Positions 51,141-64,000 of a DNA stretch of 64,000 nucleotides are shown here, piece after piece; positions within the stretch are counted from its first letter, which is position 1; every line of letters begins with the position of its first letter. The DNA lies in assembly GCF_006345805.1 (NCBI RefSeq), contig NC_043010.1:620001-684000 (forward strand). The letters are read 5' to 3'. The position numbers and the translations under genes were made by a program. The notes under the pieces were generated by a model, which made no database searches, was not told where the DNA came from, and saw only the letters and a list, made by a program, of their open reading frames with translations. The stretch comes from Octopus sinensis (taxonomy: Eukaryota).

Positions 51141-52855
51141 ACCTTTATAGACGTCGAACAATTCGAATGAGTGCTCAATACCGCATAGTTGGATAGAAAT
51201 AAAGTATACACACACACACACAAACACATATGCTGAATCTCAATGTTATCCATTATTTATCTTGGTTTTCTCATTTGGTGAGACATAAATGATACGTCAC
51301 ATATATTCATTGGTGTCACTAGATCACGTGGTAAAAATATAGATTAGTCCTGGCATATAATTATTTGGTTATCGATGAGTAACTTTCTATGTAAATTTCT
51401 GTAGAGAAAAACAGCTGTTGTAACTCATTGCGTCTCGTCTTAAGTGTTTTCCAATGCATTTATGAAATAAATATATTGAAGTATGTATCACAATTGATTC
51501 TAAAAGTGAAATATTCTTGAGACGAGACTAACGATTTTTTCTTTACGTAGATTGAAACGCTTCATCCATTGCGCTTAAAATATTGTCTGGTATTAATACG
51601 TTTTACAGTGCGTAAAATGTGCGATGCATCGTGTTAGCTTCGCCATTTACATTTACCGTCACCCGATCGAGTGCTTCGAGCGTAAAACCTAATACCTGTG
51701 TCGATAACTAATGTTAATGGAACTAATAGTAGTACTCGCTATTAATTTATCACTTTAATTAGACCTTCCATTTCCTATGCCCTACCCATCACCTCATTTA
51801 ATATCACTACTTGGCCCTTGGGTTCTTTTAGTGGAGTCCAATGTGTTGCAAGCATTCGGACCCGCAGTTAAAGACTCTTGGTCACGGTTGGGTTACAACT
51901 ATGATTTGATCTCACCTCACAATTTTGTTGATTTAATAATCAAACAATGGTATACATCAGTGCTTATAGTAATTGAAGGTGTGTGTATATCTGCGTGTAT
52001 TTACATGTGTGCGTGTTCGTGTGTGTATATGTGTGCGGCTGCGTGTAGGTCTTGGGGTGTGCAATGCGTTTCGTTGTGTTTTTGTATCTGTGTATCTACA
52101 TGTATCAATGTGTGTATTTGCGTGTGTATTAGTTTGTGTTTGTGTGTAGTATGTGTGTATGTGTTTGTGCGTTTGCGTGCGTTTCTCAGTATCCATTTGT
52201 GTTTGTACACGCACGTTAATGTGTGTGTACATGTGAGTGTACGTGCGTTTGCGTGCATATGGATGACTGCAAATGCTTGTGTATATATCGGTGTATGCAT
52301 GTATTTGTGTCTGTGTATGCATATATGCTTGAGTGTATCTACGTGTGTCCGTGTGTATGTGTCTGTGCATGTATACCTGAGTGTATGTGTTCGCGCATGC
52401 GTATATGTTTGCAGTGCAGAATTATTATTTATCCGTGTCATGACAACGTGTGACTTATACACCTGGTTAACAACATAAGTGTGCATTAAAACATAATAAA
52501 ATCGTGATTTTAATATAACAAAAAATATTTCCAATAAAAACCAACAACGAAAACGCAATTAATCATGTAAAACAAACACAAGATATTAATAAATTTTATT
52601 TCGTTTATTTTTTAGAAGTTTTCTTGTCACATCATTTATCTTCATTTATCATGTTGTATCAGTTCTTTCTCCTTTTGATATCAATTTCTAGTTGTTCCTA
52701 TCATTTATCAAGTTTTCATATTCCTGGAGGTTAATTGCTGTTCTTGATATGTCACCCACTTATCTGCCAAGGATTCATAAACATAGATCTATCAGTAATA
52801 CAGACTGGAGAGTCGCCCAGCTGCAGCTAGACAATTGTTGAGCCGTGTCTTTCAT

Positions 52856-53050
52856 CTTTTATTCGCTTCGGTCATTGGACTGCGGCCATGCTGGGGCACC
52901 GGCTTAGTCGAAAGAATCAAGTTCCAAAATTATTTTCTAAAGTTTGGTACTTATTCTATCATCCTCTTTTGCCGCGCCCGCTCAGTTGGGGAGACGTAAA
53001 CAAACCTACACCGGTTGTCAAAACCTGGGGAAGAACAAACACAAGTACAA
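52856..53050 (-). mobile_element. Family-B SINE 3' half
   Basis: Reverse-complement match. Confidence 0.8.
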
Positions 53051-53070
53051 AGACACACGCACGCACCCAT

Positions 53071-53109
<39 letters not shown>

Positions 53110-53614
53110 GACACTCATTCACATAAGTATCATATATTTTTTATCTTATATATATATATATCTTTTGTACATAAGAAATCAAAATGACAAGGAGATAAGA
53201 AATTATGTCATGAACTTTATTAGCTTGCAGCTGTTTCTGCTACACGAAGCAATGCAGTTGAGCGTTTGTGTATCGCTTGATGGCTTTATATATATCAAGT
53301 CAAGTCATTTTCGACTTTTACGTCTGTTTCGCCACAAATACTGTAATCGTTAAAAGCACATAAAATCATGTTACTGTACAATAAATAAGAATAAAAGCAT
53401 ATAAAATCATATTAAAATACGTACAGTAAATGTTAAGATACACACCATAAAGTAATGTAGCTTAGTGAACAAAATCATGAAATCAGCTGTGTTGTCTTAT
53501 TTATCGGTCTTTCGGAGCTCATATTTTACTGTCTTATTGCAAACTGCATTCATAAATAAAGCGATCTACGGTAAACACCACCAAATTGTATTGACAAATT
53601 AAAAAAAATAAAAG

Positions 53615-53928
53615 CTATTTGTTTGTAAGCTTAAAATAGGTTTTTATTATCCATGTATTATTGAAAATGCATTCATAAATAAAGTACAGAACTTTTTCTA
53701 ATCCGTATTTAGAGCATTTCAAGACAAGATACGCCTTCGATAAAACAGTTGTTCCCGCAAAGCAAATTAAATGAAATTTGGGATTTTGCGAAGAGTCAAA
53801 ATCGGTAACGAAAGTAGGACAGTGAAAACAAACGGGAAAGGATGCTAAGCTTAAACGAAGTTGTGGTGACGAACGCGAAGAAACAAGCTTAGACAGGAGA
53901 CAGGCAAGAATACGTCTTCTTTGTCCAG
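53615..53928 (-). other. Candidate host exon (3' splice site at 53929-53930)
   Basis: The minus strand reads TCCTAAC (branch-like, ~30 nt upstream), then a long polypyrimidine tract, then TTTTGCAG|CTGGAC, followed by complex non-repeat sequence. No clear donor was found. Confidence 0.3.
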
Positions 53929-54196
53929 CTGCAAAAGGAAGAAATAAAGAAACATAAGTTAGGAGAAAGAAAAATGGGCGATGATTACGTGGGAGCCACG
54001 TGAGCAAAGGAAGAAGAATAAGGGAAAGAGAGTGACAGACAGAGAACTGTAAAGGGAAGAGGAAAAGATTTGGAGATAGGATAAGAGAGAAAAGCAAGAG
54101 GGGGAAGGGGAGGTAAAAGAATAAGAGAAAGGAAGAGAGAAAACGAAAGAGTAATAAGATAGAATAGAGAATATATATATATATATAATATAAATA

Positions 54197-54633
54197 CCGT
54201 AAATCCTTGAGTATAATACGCACCCCTTCTCTAACTTGAGTGAAGGAGGTCCTTGGTTTGTAAAAATGTATACGGTAACGTCCTTTATTATTATTGTATA
54301 TATAACATAATGCAAACGTGTAGCTTTTTTGTGCATTTTGTTTGTAGAAAATAAAGAAATAACAGTAATAACAGTAATAATGTTTAATAAATGTTACTTA
54401 CAGCAAGTTATGGATGATTCTTTTATGACTTCATTGCTTTCAGGCTTAGCTTAAGGTGTTTTCGCGTCTGGCATCACAAAATGCGTCTGAAGAAACATTG
54501 CCGGACAGCAAATAGATACTCGGACATTGCTTAGAAAATATATTTCATTTTTAACCTGGTATATAATACGCACTAGGGATTTTGACCATTAAATTTTGGG
54601 GAAAAAATGCGTATTATACTCGAAAATTTACGG
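54197..54633. mobile_element. Tc2/pogo-type MITE, same family as 6466-6947
   Basis: TA|CCGTAAATCCTTGAGTATAA ... TTATACTCGAAAATTTACGG|TA. Its right ~270 bp are shared with the first copy. Confidence 0.88.
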
Positions 54634-54650
54634 TATATATATATACACAC

Positions 54651-54683
<33 letters not shown>

Positions 54684-54701
54684 ACACACACACACACACA
54701 C

Positions 54702-54748
<47 letters not shown>

Positions 54749-54754
<6 letters not shown>

Positions 54755-55192
54755 CATTATATAAAAGGGCTTAGTAAAATAAATTACTTTGCCACATACT
54801 GAACTCATTAGAAATAGCAGCCAAAAAAGTTTTTTTAGCTATTTCTAATACTTAAAGAAAATTTCTCTCAGATAGTGTTTACTCAGAATAACCCACGAAG
54901 GTATGGGGGTAAAAAACATTAAATTTTTTAATGTTTTTTACCCCCATACCTTCGTGGGTTATTCTGAGTAAACACTATCTGAGAGAAATTTTCTTTAAGT
55001 ATTAGAAATAGCTAAAAAAACTTTTTTGGCTGCTATTTCTAATGAGTTCAGTATGTGGCAAAGTAATTTATTTTACTAAGCCCTTTTATATAATGTAATA
55101 TTTTGAATTCGCCTTAAATGGTCCTTTTACATACTGAATACTTGGTGAAATTGATTAATAACTAATTAATTTTACCCTCAATTGTTGAAATT
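54749..55192. mobile_element. Fold-back element unit 1: 175-bp perfect inverted arms, TTT loop, 91-bp one-sided tail, in (TA)n
   Basis: 54749-54923 is the exact reverse complement of 54927-55101; tail 55102-55192. Confidence 0.85.
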
Positions 55193-55217
55193 ATATATAT
55201 ATATATTATATATATAT

Positions 55218-55656
55218 ATATTACATTATATAAAAGGGCTTAGTAAAATAAATTACTTTGCCACATACTGAACTCATTAGAAATAGCAGCCAAAAAAGTT
55301 TTTTTAGCTATTTCTAATACTTAAAGAAAATTTCTCTCAGATAGTGTTTACTCAGAATAACCCACGAAGGTATGGGGGTAAAAAACATTAAATTTTTTAA
55401 TGTTTTTTACCCCCATACCTTCGTGGGTTATTCTGAGTAAACACTATCTGAGAGAAATTTTCTTTAAGTATTAGAAATAGCTAAAAAAACTTTTTTGGCT
55501 GCTATTTCTAATGAGTTCAGTATGTGGCAAAGTAATTTATTTTACTAAGCCCTTTTATATAATGTAATATTTTGAATTCGCCTTAAATGGTCCTTTTACA
55601 TACTGAATACTTGGTGAAATTGATTAATAACTAATTAATTTTACCCTCAATTGTTG

Positions 55657-55661
<5 letters not shown>
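55218..55661. mobile_element. Fold-back element unit 2 (tandem copy, period 469 bp)
   Basis: Apparently identical to unit 1 apart from (TA)n length; hairpin centre 55394. Confidence 0.85.
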
Positions 55662-55698
<37 letters not shown>

Positions 55699-56279
55699 CA
55701 TACATACATCTGTATATGTATATGTGCGTGCATATGTTCATATACATACATACATACATACATACATACATACATACATACATACATACATACATACACT
55801 GACGATTATTAATTTCTGCAACTGCTTGAATGATACCCCTCGCAATATCATATTCCCCTCTTACTTCTTGGACAGTAATGTTGACCCTGAAATGGTCATG
55901 CGATTGATGATTGGTTTGAGTCGCTTATCAATTCATTCTAATTCCTGATGAGCAGACACGCTGTGCCATTTCTCTACTTCTCAGGACTGGCTGATTGCTT
56001 TTGTGGCAGCTTCACTCAAACCCACTCAACTCATACATTTCCCCTTCCTGTCGTCTCCCACATTGTATGCAGTTCCTTTGCCCCACTTCGCACTAAACAC
56101 TATTTGCAATCCTTCTCTCCCATCTTCCCCTTAGAACGTCATCCCACTGGAATCCCCTTTTTAGCAATGTTATTCTTGCTGTTATCAGTCTGCAGTACTT
56201 AACACATCAACTTCATCAATTTAATCACCCTGTGAAGCTCTGTAAGGGACATGTGTACAGCTTTTCCCTCACTCTCAGA

Positions 56280-56633
56280 CAAGGGCTCCCAACTATTTTT
56301 TCATTATGAACCCTTTTGACTACTATTTTATTCTGGTGGACCCCGCCACCCAAAGCCATTCGATGTTTAAAAACTTGTTGTATAGAAACTTCTTTCAAAA
56401 TCGTATTTTGTTTTTCATACATTCACTTGTGTAGGTTGGACTAAGTAAAATGGTACAGGAAGAAATCTTAATGTTTCTTGCAATACATAGCAATGCGTAC
56501 GTCTAAAGCAAACTTTTTTCAGGAGCCCTTAAAATACAATTGTGGATCCCCAATTTACTATTTTGTTGCGTAGACCTCCAAGAATATTATATGAATCCTC
56601 AGGGGCCATATGGACATCGGTTGAGAACCACTG
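56280..56633. mobile_element. hAT (Charlie-like) MITE, degenerate
   Basis: Ends CAAGGGCTCCCAAC / GTTGAGAACCACTG. The 8-bp flanks CTCTCAGA and CTCTAAGG match 6/8. Confidence 0.55.
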
Positions 56634-57309
56634 CTCTAAGGCATTAAAAGCCTTTTTGATATCAATTCTTAACTATGACTCTAAAACGCTAAAGCCTGTC
56701 TATTTTATTTTCATTGGCAAAGTTGTGTTATTTAGCTTCTATATCGCTACTATCGTTAGTATAACAGCTTGTGTTTTCTTTCTTCCGGTGAGTAGGCAGC
56801 ATTAGTGGTTTTTATCGATTCCAATCTCCACTCCCACTTCTTTCTGCAAGCCCAGCTTTCTTTTGCATTCTCCAATACGGCGGACTAGTTTTAATGAAAC
56901 AGCAATACATACTTGATGAAAAAGAACACCGTACGGGTACAAGACATATGTAATGTTACGTAAGATGCATCCGATGTGCTTTTGAAACACCTGTTGTACT
57001 CGACTACCTCTTCCACCCTATATATATATATATATATACACACACACGTATGTATATATATATATTAAGGAGCAGATAGACAGATATATAGATTGATAGA
57101 TAGATATGTATATACATACATGAACACATGTACACATCCATCCATCCATCCACCCATCCGTACATCCATACATACGAACAAACATACAAACGTTTGCATT
57201 CTTTCATCCCTGCCAACAGTTTCTCCTTCACTGAATCGCTTCCTTCATTCTCCTTCTTTCGTTTTCTTTTATTTATATTTCAGTCGTAGCTTTTTTCTCG
57301 TGTCAAGAG

Positions 57310-57615
57310 TCTTCTTCTTCTTCATCTTCTTCTTCTTCATCTTCTTCTTCTTCTTCATCATCTTCTTCTTCATCATCTTCTTCATCTTCTTCTTCATCAT
57401 CATCTTCTTCTTCTTCTTCGTTTTCTTCTTCTTCTTCTTCGTTTTCTTCTTCTTCTTCTTCCTCTTGTTCTTCTTCTTCGTTTTGTTCTTGTTCTTGTTC
57501 TTCTTGTTCTTGTTCTTGTTCTTCTTGTTCTTCTTGTTCTTGTTCTTGTTCTTGTTCTTCTTCTTCTTCTTCTTCTTCTTCTTCTTCTTCTTCTTCTTCT
57601 TCTTCTTCTTCTTCT
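57310..57615. repeat. (TTC)n/(TTCTTG)n array
   Basis: Direct reading. Confidence 0.97.
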
Positions 57616-58369
57616 CATTTTCCACCTCTTTTATTTTCTTCTATATCTTCGTTAATACATTGAGCAATAACAGAAATAGTTTTTTTTTTTTTTGCATTTC
57701 TCATGCTATCATTTGGTGATGATGGCGATGGTAATAATGGCGGCGGTGGGGGTTATGTCGGCGATGATGGCGATGGCTGCGATGGAAGCGATGACGGCGA
57801 CGGTACCGATGGCGGCGGTGGTTTACGATGTTGGCGATGGCGTGTAATCATCCTAGTTTATTTAGATATCGTTGAACAAAGACACACAACAGCAGCGTGT
57901 CTTCGAATACATTAGCGATATTCTGTAAGAATATCCATTCCTGATAATAATTGCCAGGTCGTGTATGGTTTGTGTAGAAAGAACGCCGTTGAGTTTAACT
58001 CACACTTTCATTCTGCTTCGTTGAACACCGACCAACCATGTGCAATAGCAGCAGGCAACCCAATGCACACTCTCGCTCTGTGAAGTGTAATAAAGAGGTG
58101 ACTCATTTCTGCATGATGGAGACTACAAATTAGTTGAGATTTAGCCACGATCTCGCACTAAGTTGATCAAAATCACGAACAAATGGTGTTTGAATAATTC
58201 CGGTTTTACATTTCATTCGGAAGAAATTAAGGAAGGAAAAAAAAAAAGTGGACAGGAAAAAAGATCACAGAATAAATAAATAAATGAAACCCTTTGCAGA
58301 CACCAAAGAAATGCAGCTTTCAGACATGTTGTCAAAGATGGAGGATAAGAATTGTGGTTTAGATGGTTA

Positions 58370-58783
<414 letters not shown>

Positions 58784-58816
58784 TTCATCATCATCATCAT
58801 CATTATTATTATTATT

Positions 58817-58926
58817 AAGCGAGAGAGCAGTGCATGCCATCAAAGTGACACTAGGGTATATATACGAAGCCCAGTATACCCATCATGACTACCCGACTGA
58901 TAAGGGTACATCAGGCACATGCATCA
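58817..58926 (-). mobile_element. (AAT)n-tailed retroposon, short copy
   Basis: Reverse complement of the family 3' end, flanked by triplet arrays on both sides. Confidence 0.85.
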
Positions 58927-58935
58927 TCATCATCA

Positions 58936-59006
<71 letters not shown>

Positions 59007-59007
<1 letters not shown>

Positions 59008-59693
59008 TATGTTTGACTTTTGCTTTGTCTGTACAAGTTGGCTCCAAGTCTCACCCAGAGACCTCAAGAGACAACAGGTTGGAAGTTCTGTGCCATATAT
59101 TTAGGGGGGTTTTTTCCCCCTTTTTTTTGGGTGTTGTACTAGTGAATGTCTAATACATAAAAAAAAAATAAAAAATAAAAATAAAAATTTTGTTTTAAAC
59201 CTTGGGATTACATAGAGAGTATTTTGCGTAGGATATGAGCAGTTCCCATGAGCACTATCTTTTGAATTTCTGCCATTTTGGGGTTTCCTGGTATCTGAGT
59301 TAGGTAGCAATCAGTCCCTTTCGCTATCATTCCCAGGGCACCTATGACAACAGTATTGTTTTAGTCTTCAGCTTCCACATTTTGCTGATTTCTATTTCAA
59401 GATCTTTATATTTGCTCAGTTTTTGGTAGGTCTTGACAGATACGTTTATATCGATTGGGACAGTCATATCAATGAGGAGGCATGTTCTTTGTCTGAAGTC
59501 TTTCAATATAATGTCTGGCCTATTTGCATCTATCTTCCTGTCAGTTTGAATGGTGAAGTTCCAGAGGAGTGAGATGTGGTCATTTTCAAGCACAGGAGGT
59601 GGATTGTGTTCCCACCAGTTTTTTTCATGGGGCAAATCCAGGTTTTTGCAAATTACCCAGTGAATATATTGTGCAGCTCTATCATGCCTACTG
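59007..59693 (-). mobile_element. Second, diverged R4/Dong-like LINE 3' fragment (RLE domain + 3' UTR), pseudogenised by a 1-bp deletion
   Basis: The minus strand reads SRHDRAAQYIHW...WNFTIQTDRKIDANRPDII...IDMTVP..K.SKYKDLEIEISKMW. After a frameshift near 59350 it continues VIGALGMIAKG...IQKIVLMGTAHILRKILSM* (stop 59208-59210). (TAA)n flanks both sides. Confidence 0.9.
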
Positions 59694-59699
59694 ATTATT

Positions 59700-59730
<31 letters not shown>

Positions 59731-59756
59731 TATTATTATTATTATTATTATTATTA

Positions 59757-59858
<102 letters not shown>

Positions 59859-60084
59859 GGGTTCTTGGCATCTAAGGTTACTTGCTGCCACTTTTTGTCA
59901 CCTCCGTCACTCGCACATCAAGTGTAAACACGCTCACCAAACTGACAAAGCGCTGGACTACACCTGAGTAAGAAATGCTCATTAAAAGTAAGGGGTCTTA
60001 CCTTAGTTCACTGGTAGTGAACAGCTGACGCCGTTGTACATTTCCAGCTTTAAAAGCTGTGCAAAGGTAATAATGATGATAATG

Positions 60085-60537
60085 AGCTACAGCAAATATT
60101 CTGCTCAATACCACAGATTTGCTTGTCAGTTGTTTCACCTAAACCAGTTGAGCATGTTCCTTGGTGGCTGACGATATGTGCATCTCTGATCACGAGCATA
60201 AGTAGTGTGGAAATATCATAGCCATGAGAGGGATTCTTTGGGGTTTGAATAATTCACCTCTGGAAACATGGGTGGTTCGTTCAACATCCTTAAACAACCC
60301 TTATTCAGGGATCTTTTGACCGGGATGGGCTACCCAACCTGAAGAAAATTCTAACCGGGCTCTATCCGCAAGGTCATGCGCTGTTAATCTTGATATGAGA
60401 TCACCATGTCGCGCACATATGGTTGTGATGCATGTGCCTGGTGTACCCTTATCAGACAGGTAGTCATGATGGGTATATTGGGCTTTGTATATTTGTACCC
60501 CAGTGTCACTTTGATGGCATGCACTGCTCTCTCACTC
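60085..60537 (+). mobile_element. (AAT)n-tailed non-coding retroposon family, longest copy
   Basis: Ends ...GCACTGCTCTCTCACTC-(AAT)n. The same 3' end is seen in four shorter copies. Confidence 0.8.
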
Positions 60538-60551
60538 AATAATAATAATCC

Positions 60552-60735
60552 TTTCTGCTATAGGCACAAGACCTGAAATCCATTGACTTCAGAGTTCGAC
60601 TGGTGATTAATTTATCGACCCCGAAAGAATGAACAGCAAAGTCTACCTTGGAGGAATTTGAACACAGAAAGTAAAATCGGATGAAATGCCACTAAGCATT
60701 TTGCGAAGCTAACGATTCTGACAGCTCGCAACCTT
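60552..60735 (-). mobile_element. Family-A SINE, degenerate
   Basis: Reverse-complement match. Confidence 0.7.
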
Positions 60736-60899
60736 AACAACAGCAACGATAATAATAATCATCTTTCTTTAGTTGCCACAAGAGTTGCGAGGAATATTTA
60801 GGACAGTTCAAATACAAGGGACAGATAAGTTTTACATGAAAAAAGAAAAAAAAACAACGTAAGCAAAAAACAATAGCAGGGGTGAAAACGTCACCTAGA

Positions 60900-61690
60900 G
60901 TCAACCAAGGAATCCGACAGACCTCAAGCCACTCTACTCACAAGGTGTACCATGGTATGTGCTCCTCTCTCCTCCGTACTTCTCAGCCTACAGGCGCCCA
61001 GCTTAGACTAGGCTCACTTACTCCGGCCTCAACAAATTTATTAGGGTCAACACATCCATCTCAACCCTATATTCTTTTTCAAATGGAATTTTAAAAAGTC
61101 GATGAAGGCTTCACCGAAGAGAATTGTTTTTTAGTCCCGTTCACCGCACTCTATCTTTCATCACTAGACAGAAGAAAACTGCTTGCCCTTCTCGACCAAA
61201 GGAAAGTGGTGGGGCTATCTTCTCGGTGGAGTCAACCGATAGTCATATCCGTCCTATGCATAATAGCAGCTGTTCGACATATCTCTACGTCAACAATATT
61301 CGATCATTGTAAGAACGCGTGTAGGACGGTTTTGTCGTTCTGCGCCCATCTCAACTAGCCGCAGCTGATGGCACAACCACACCCATAGAATTTATCCTGA
61401 AGAGTCAATGTCCCACTCCTTACCCATTAGCACTACCAGGCCAGGGATTTCTTGAAGTTATCCATGGGCTCTAGCACAAAAGTCCTCTGAAAAAGACCAG
61501 TCAGTTGACTTTCTTCGACACCCAAATTTTCCCCGAGGACATCGTTGCTCTTATCCACCGCTACTCATCTGAATAACGCCATAGTGGAGCATCCGTCGAC
61601 CGGATTGTCTGATTGGTAGAAGGTCTGTGAGCGCCTGACCGTACTTAACGCACTGGGAATCCTTTCTTGGCCTGGCACAAAGACTGCAGT
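60900..61690 (-). pseudogene. Decayed L1/Tx1-type LINE ORF2 3' region
   Basis: Minus-strand fragments: QNDKTVLHAF (zinc-knuckle region), FGREGQAVFFCLV, GLKT, FIDFLKFHLKK. Confidence 0.65.
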
Positions 61691-62570
61691 AAGAAGTGAG
61701 AAAAAAGGCTAAAAATGAAAATTAAGAAAAAAAGTTAAGTAATTCGATCGGAATGATGGGAATTCGGATCAGAGAGAAAGCATTAGTTTATACAATGAAG
61801 GTAATGGTGATGGTGGTGGTGGACGTGGTTGGAGGTGACGGGACAGAAAGTGAAAGTAGAAAGAAGAAAAAATAAGGAAAATATAATTATATAACGTGAT
61901 TACGGAATTCGGCGGAGGATCAAATCTTTAGAGTAACAATACCGGAAATAAATAAATAAATAAATAAATAAATAAAATAATCGCCTGATATCTTATGATC
62001 CATGGTGAATATTACGCGGATGGTTATCATCACCTTATCGTGACAATTTCAAAGGATTTAGAAAGAAGAGCCGAGTAGATGATCTCTTTAAACAAATAAA
62101 CCAAACACAACAACAACTAAACCGCAGCGAGACTCAAAAGTCCATCACTCCCTCTCTCTCCCTCTTTCCCTCCACCTCTCTTTCTCCCTCTTCCCTCACT
62201 CCCTCTCTGCTCCCCCCTCTCTCTCTCATCTTTTACGCACGTCCTCGCTTTCACAGTCTTAGCCTTTGGAAAGGAAGTGAGGAAGAATTATTATTTTGCG
62301 TTTGTATTAGTTTGTTTGATGTCAATGTAGTAGTAGCAGTAGTAATGATGGTGGCTCTAGTGGTAGTACTAGCATTAGTAGTGGTGGTAATAGTGCTTGT
62401 GGTGGTAGTTGTAGTAGTAGTAGTTGTTAGTGGTGTTGGTAATAGTAGTGGTGGTGATAGCTGTAGCGGTGGTACTGGTAGTAGTAGTAGTAATAGTAGT
62501 AGTAACAGTAGTAGTAGTACTGGTTGTGGTGATAGTTATCGTAGTAGTAGTAGTAACAGTAGTAGTAGTT

Positions 62571-62609
<39 letters not shown>

Positions 62610-64000
62610 ATGGTGGTGGTGGTGATAGTTGTAGAATTAGTAGTAATGGTTCTGCTGCTGCTGTTACTACAACAACAACAACTACTACTACTACTACTAC
62701 TACTACAGTAGTAGTGGTAGTAGTAGTAGCTGTTGCTGTGGTTTTTTCCCCTCTTTTTTCCTCCAATTTCGTTCCTTTATCTTTTTCTTCTTTCTTTTCC
62801 CCCTTCCTTTCTTTTGCTTTCTACAAAGGTTTAAGATTAGCTGAGAAAATGGCTTGAAACATCTTGGTTTTTCCTTTATTTGTTCCTGTTGTTCCTGCTG
62901 TTGTCGTTGGCGGTGGTGGTGGTGTCGACGTTGTCCTTGTTTATTGCTTTCGTGTCCCCTTTCCAGCCGCCAACACCTTACCCACTATTTTACCATTTCA
63001 TATGCGTGCACGCGCACATGCCTACATTTGTGTGTATATATTTCTTTGCTGTGTCTCTGTAACTCCATGTCTGCATGCGTATCAGTATGTATGTATGTAT
63101 GTATGTATGTATGTATGTATGTATGTATGTATGTATGTGTGTATGCATGTATGTATGTATGTAAGATGTCTGTCTGACTGTATATATATATATATGTGTG
63201 TGTACATGTGTGCATGCATGTATGTATGCTTATATGTAAGTTTACCTGTCTGTCTGTCTGTCTGTTTGTATGCATGTATTTGCATGCGCGTCTGTGCATG
63301 TGTATACATGTGCATTTCTATTAGCGTGTGCGTATTACTATCTGTATATAAGCGTCTGTATCTCTATGTATGTATTTGTGTGTGCAAATGTGTCTGCATA
63401 TGTGTATATGTTTGCGTGTGGACGTATGTGTGTGTATTTGCACGTGTAGTGTCTCAGTGTTTGTATTTGCATGTTTCTACGTGTGCATCGTGTGTATAAC
63501 TGTGACTGCATATATGTGTACGTGTATATATATGTGTGTGTGTATGTGTGAGTGTGTGTCTGTATCTTTATGTATGAATGTATGCATTTGTGTGTGTAAA
63601 TGTGTCTTCGTGTATGTGTATGTACGTGTGTATTTGCATGTGCATGTGTCTCGGCTTTTGTATCTGCATATTTCTATGCATTATGTGCAATGATATGACT
63701 GCGTATGTGCATGTATGGTTGAATGTATGCAAGAGTGTGTGCGTGTGATGGAAAGAGAAAGAGAGAGAGAGAATGTGTGTGTATGTGTGTGTGTGTGTGT
63801 CTTTAAGTGTATGTGTATACGTGTTCGTGTGCGCATGTGTGATGTGCGTGAGGTGAAAGACGATCAGAAATACTTGTTTGCTGAAGCGGAAACTATCAAA
63901 GACTAGCAGCTATAGTTGAGTGGTTTATCGAAGAATAGGTCTTAAGTAGTGAGTGGCATTGGTAATTCTTTTAGAAGAAAAGGTGGGAAGATGAGAAGAT

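Noticed and set aside
51777-52478. 233-aa ORF
   Set aside because: Mostly (TG)-rich low complexity; the N-terminal part has no motif I recognise.
55039-55075. CTAATGA-GTT..GGC-AAAG in the palindrome arm as a hammerhead
   Set aside because: G5 and G12 are missing and neither stem I nor stem III forms.
54749-55661. CRISPR array or protelomerase hairpin telomere
   Set aside because: There is no repeat-spacer periodicity, no associated genes, and the context is eukaryotic and internal.
55800-56230. Possible LINE endonuclease remnant (minus strand)
   Set aside because: I could not recover convincing conserved motifs.

Overview
AT-rich, repeat-saturated eukaryotic DNA. It is most likely from an octopus or another coleoid cephalopod; this is inferred from the microsatellite density and the tRNA-derived SINE families, not verified. 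I found no confident host protein-coding gene, and nearly all ORFs in the track are microsatellite read-throughs. The one long real ORF (23232-25136) is a 5'-truncated but uninterrupted RT + restriction-like-endonuclease (R4/Dong-type) LINE inserted in (TAA)n. The window also holds two more RLE-LINE remnants, RTE and L1/Tx1 remnants, six decayed Tc1/mariner/maT elements, Tc2- and hAT-type MITEs, and more than 25 SINE copies. The two most interesting signals are microsatellite-associated. (1) (TA)n-embedded fold-back elements with long inverted arms and a one-sided tail occur at 13.3-13.85 kb, 40.4-40.8 kb and 54.75-55.66 kb (a tandem pair of perfect 353-bp palindromes). Several minimal hammerhead-ribozyme-like cores also occur (clearest at 20779-20816 and 40588-40618), suggesting non-autonomous Penelope-like/retrozyme elements. 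(2) A non-coding, 3'-coterminal, (AAT)n-tailed element family clusters beside the Dong-type LINEs and may be their non-autonomous partner. Coordinates of decayed repeats are approximate, and all alignments and folds were done by eye.
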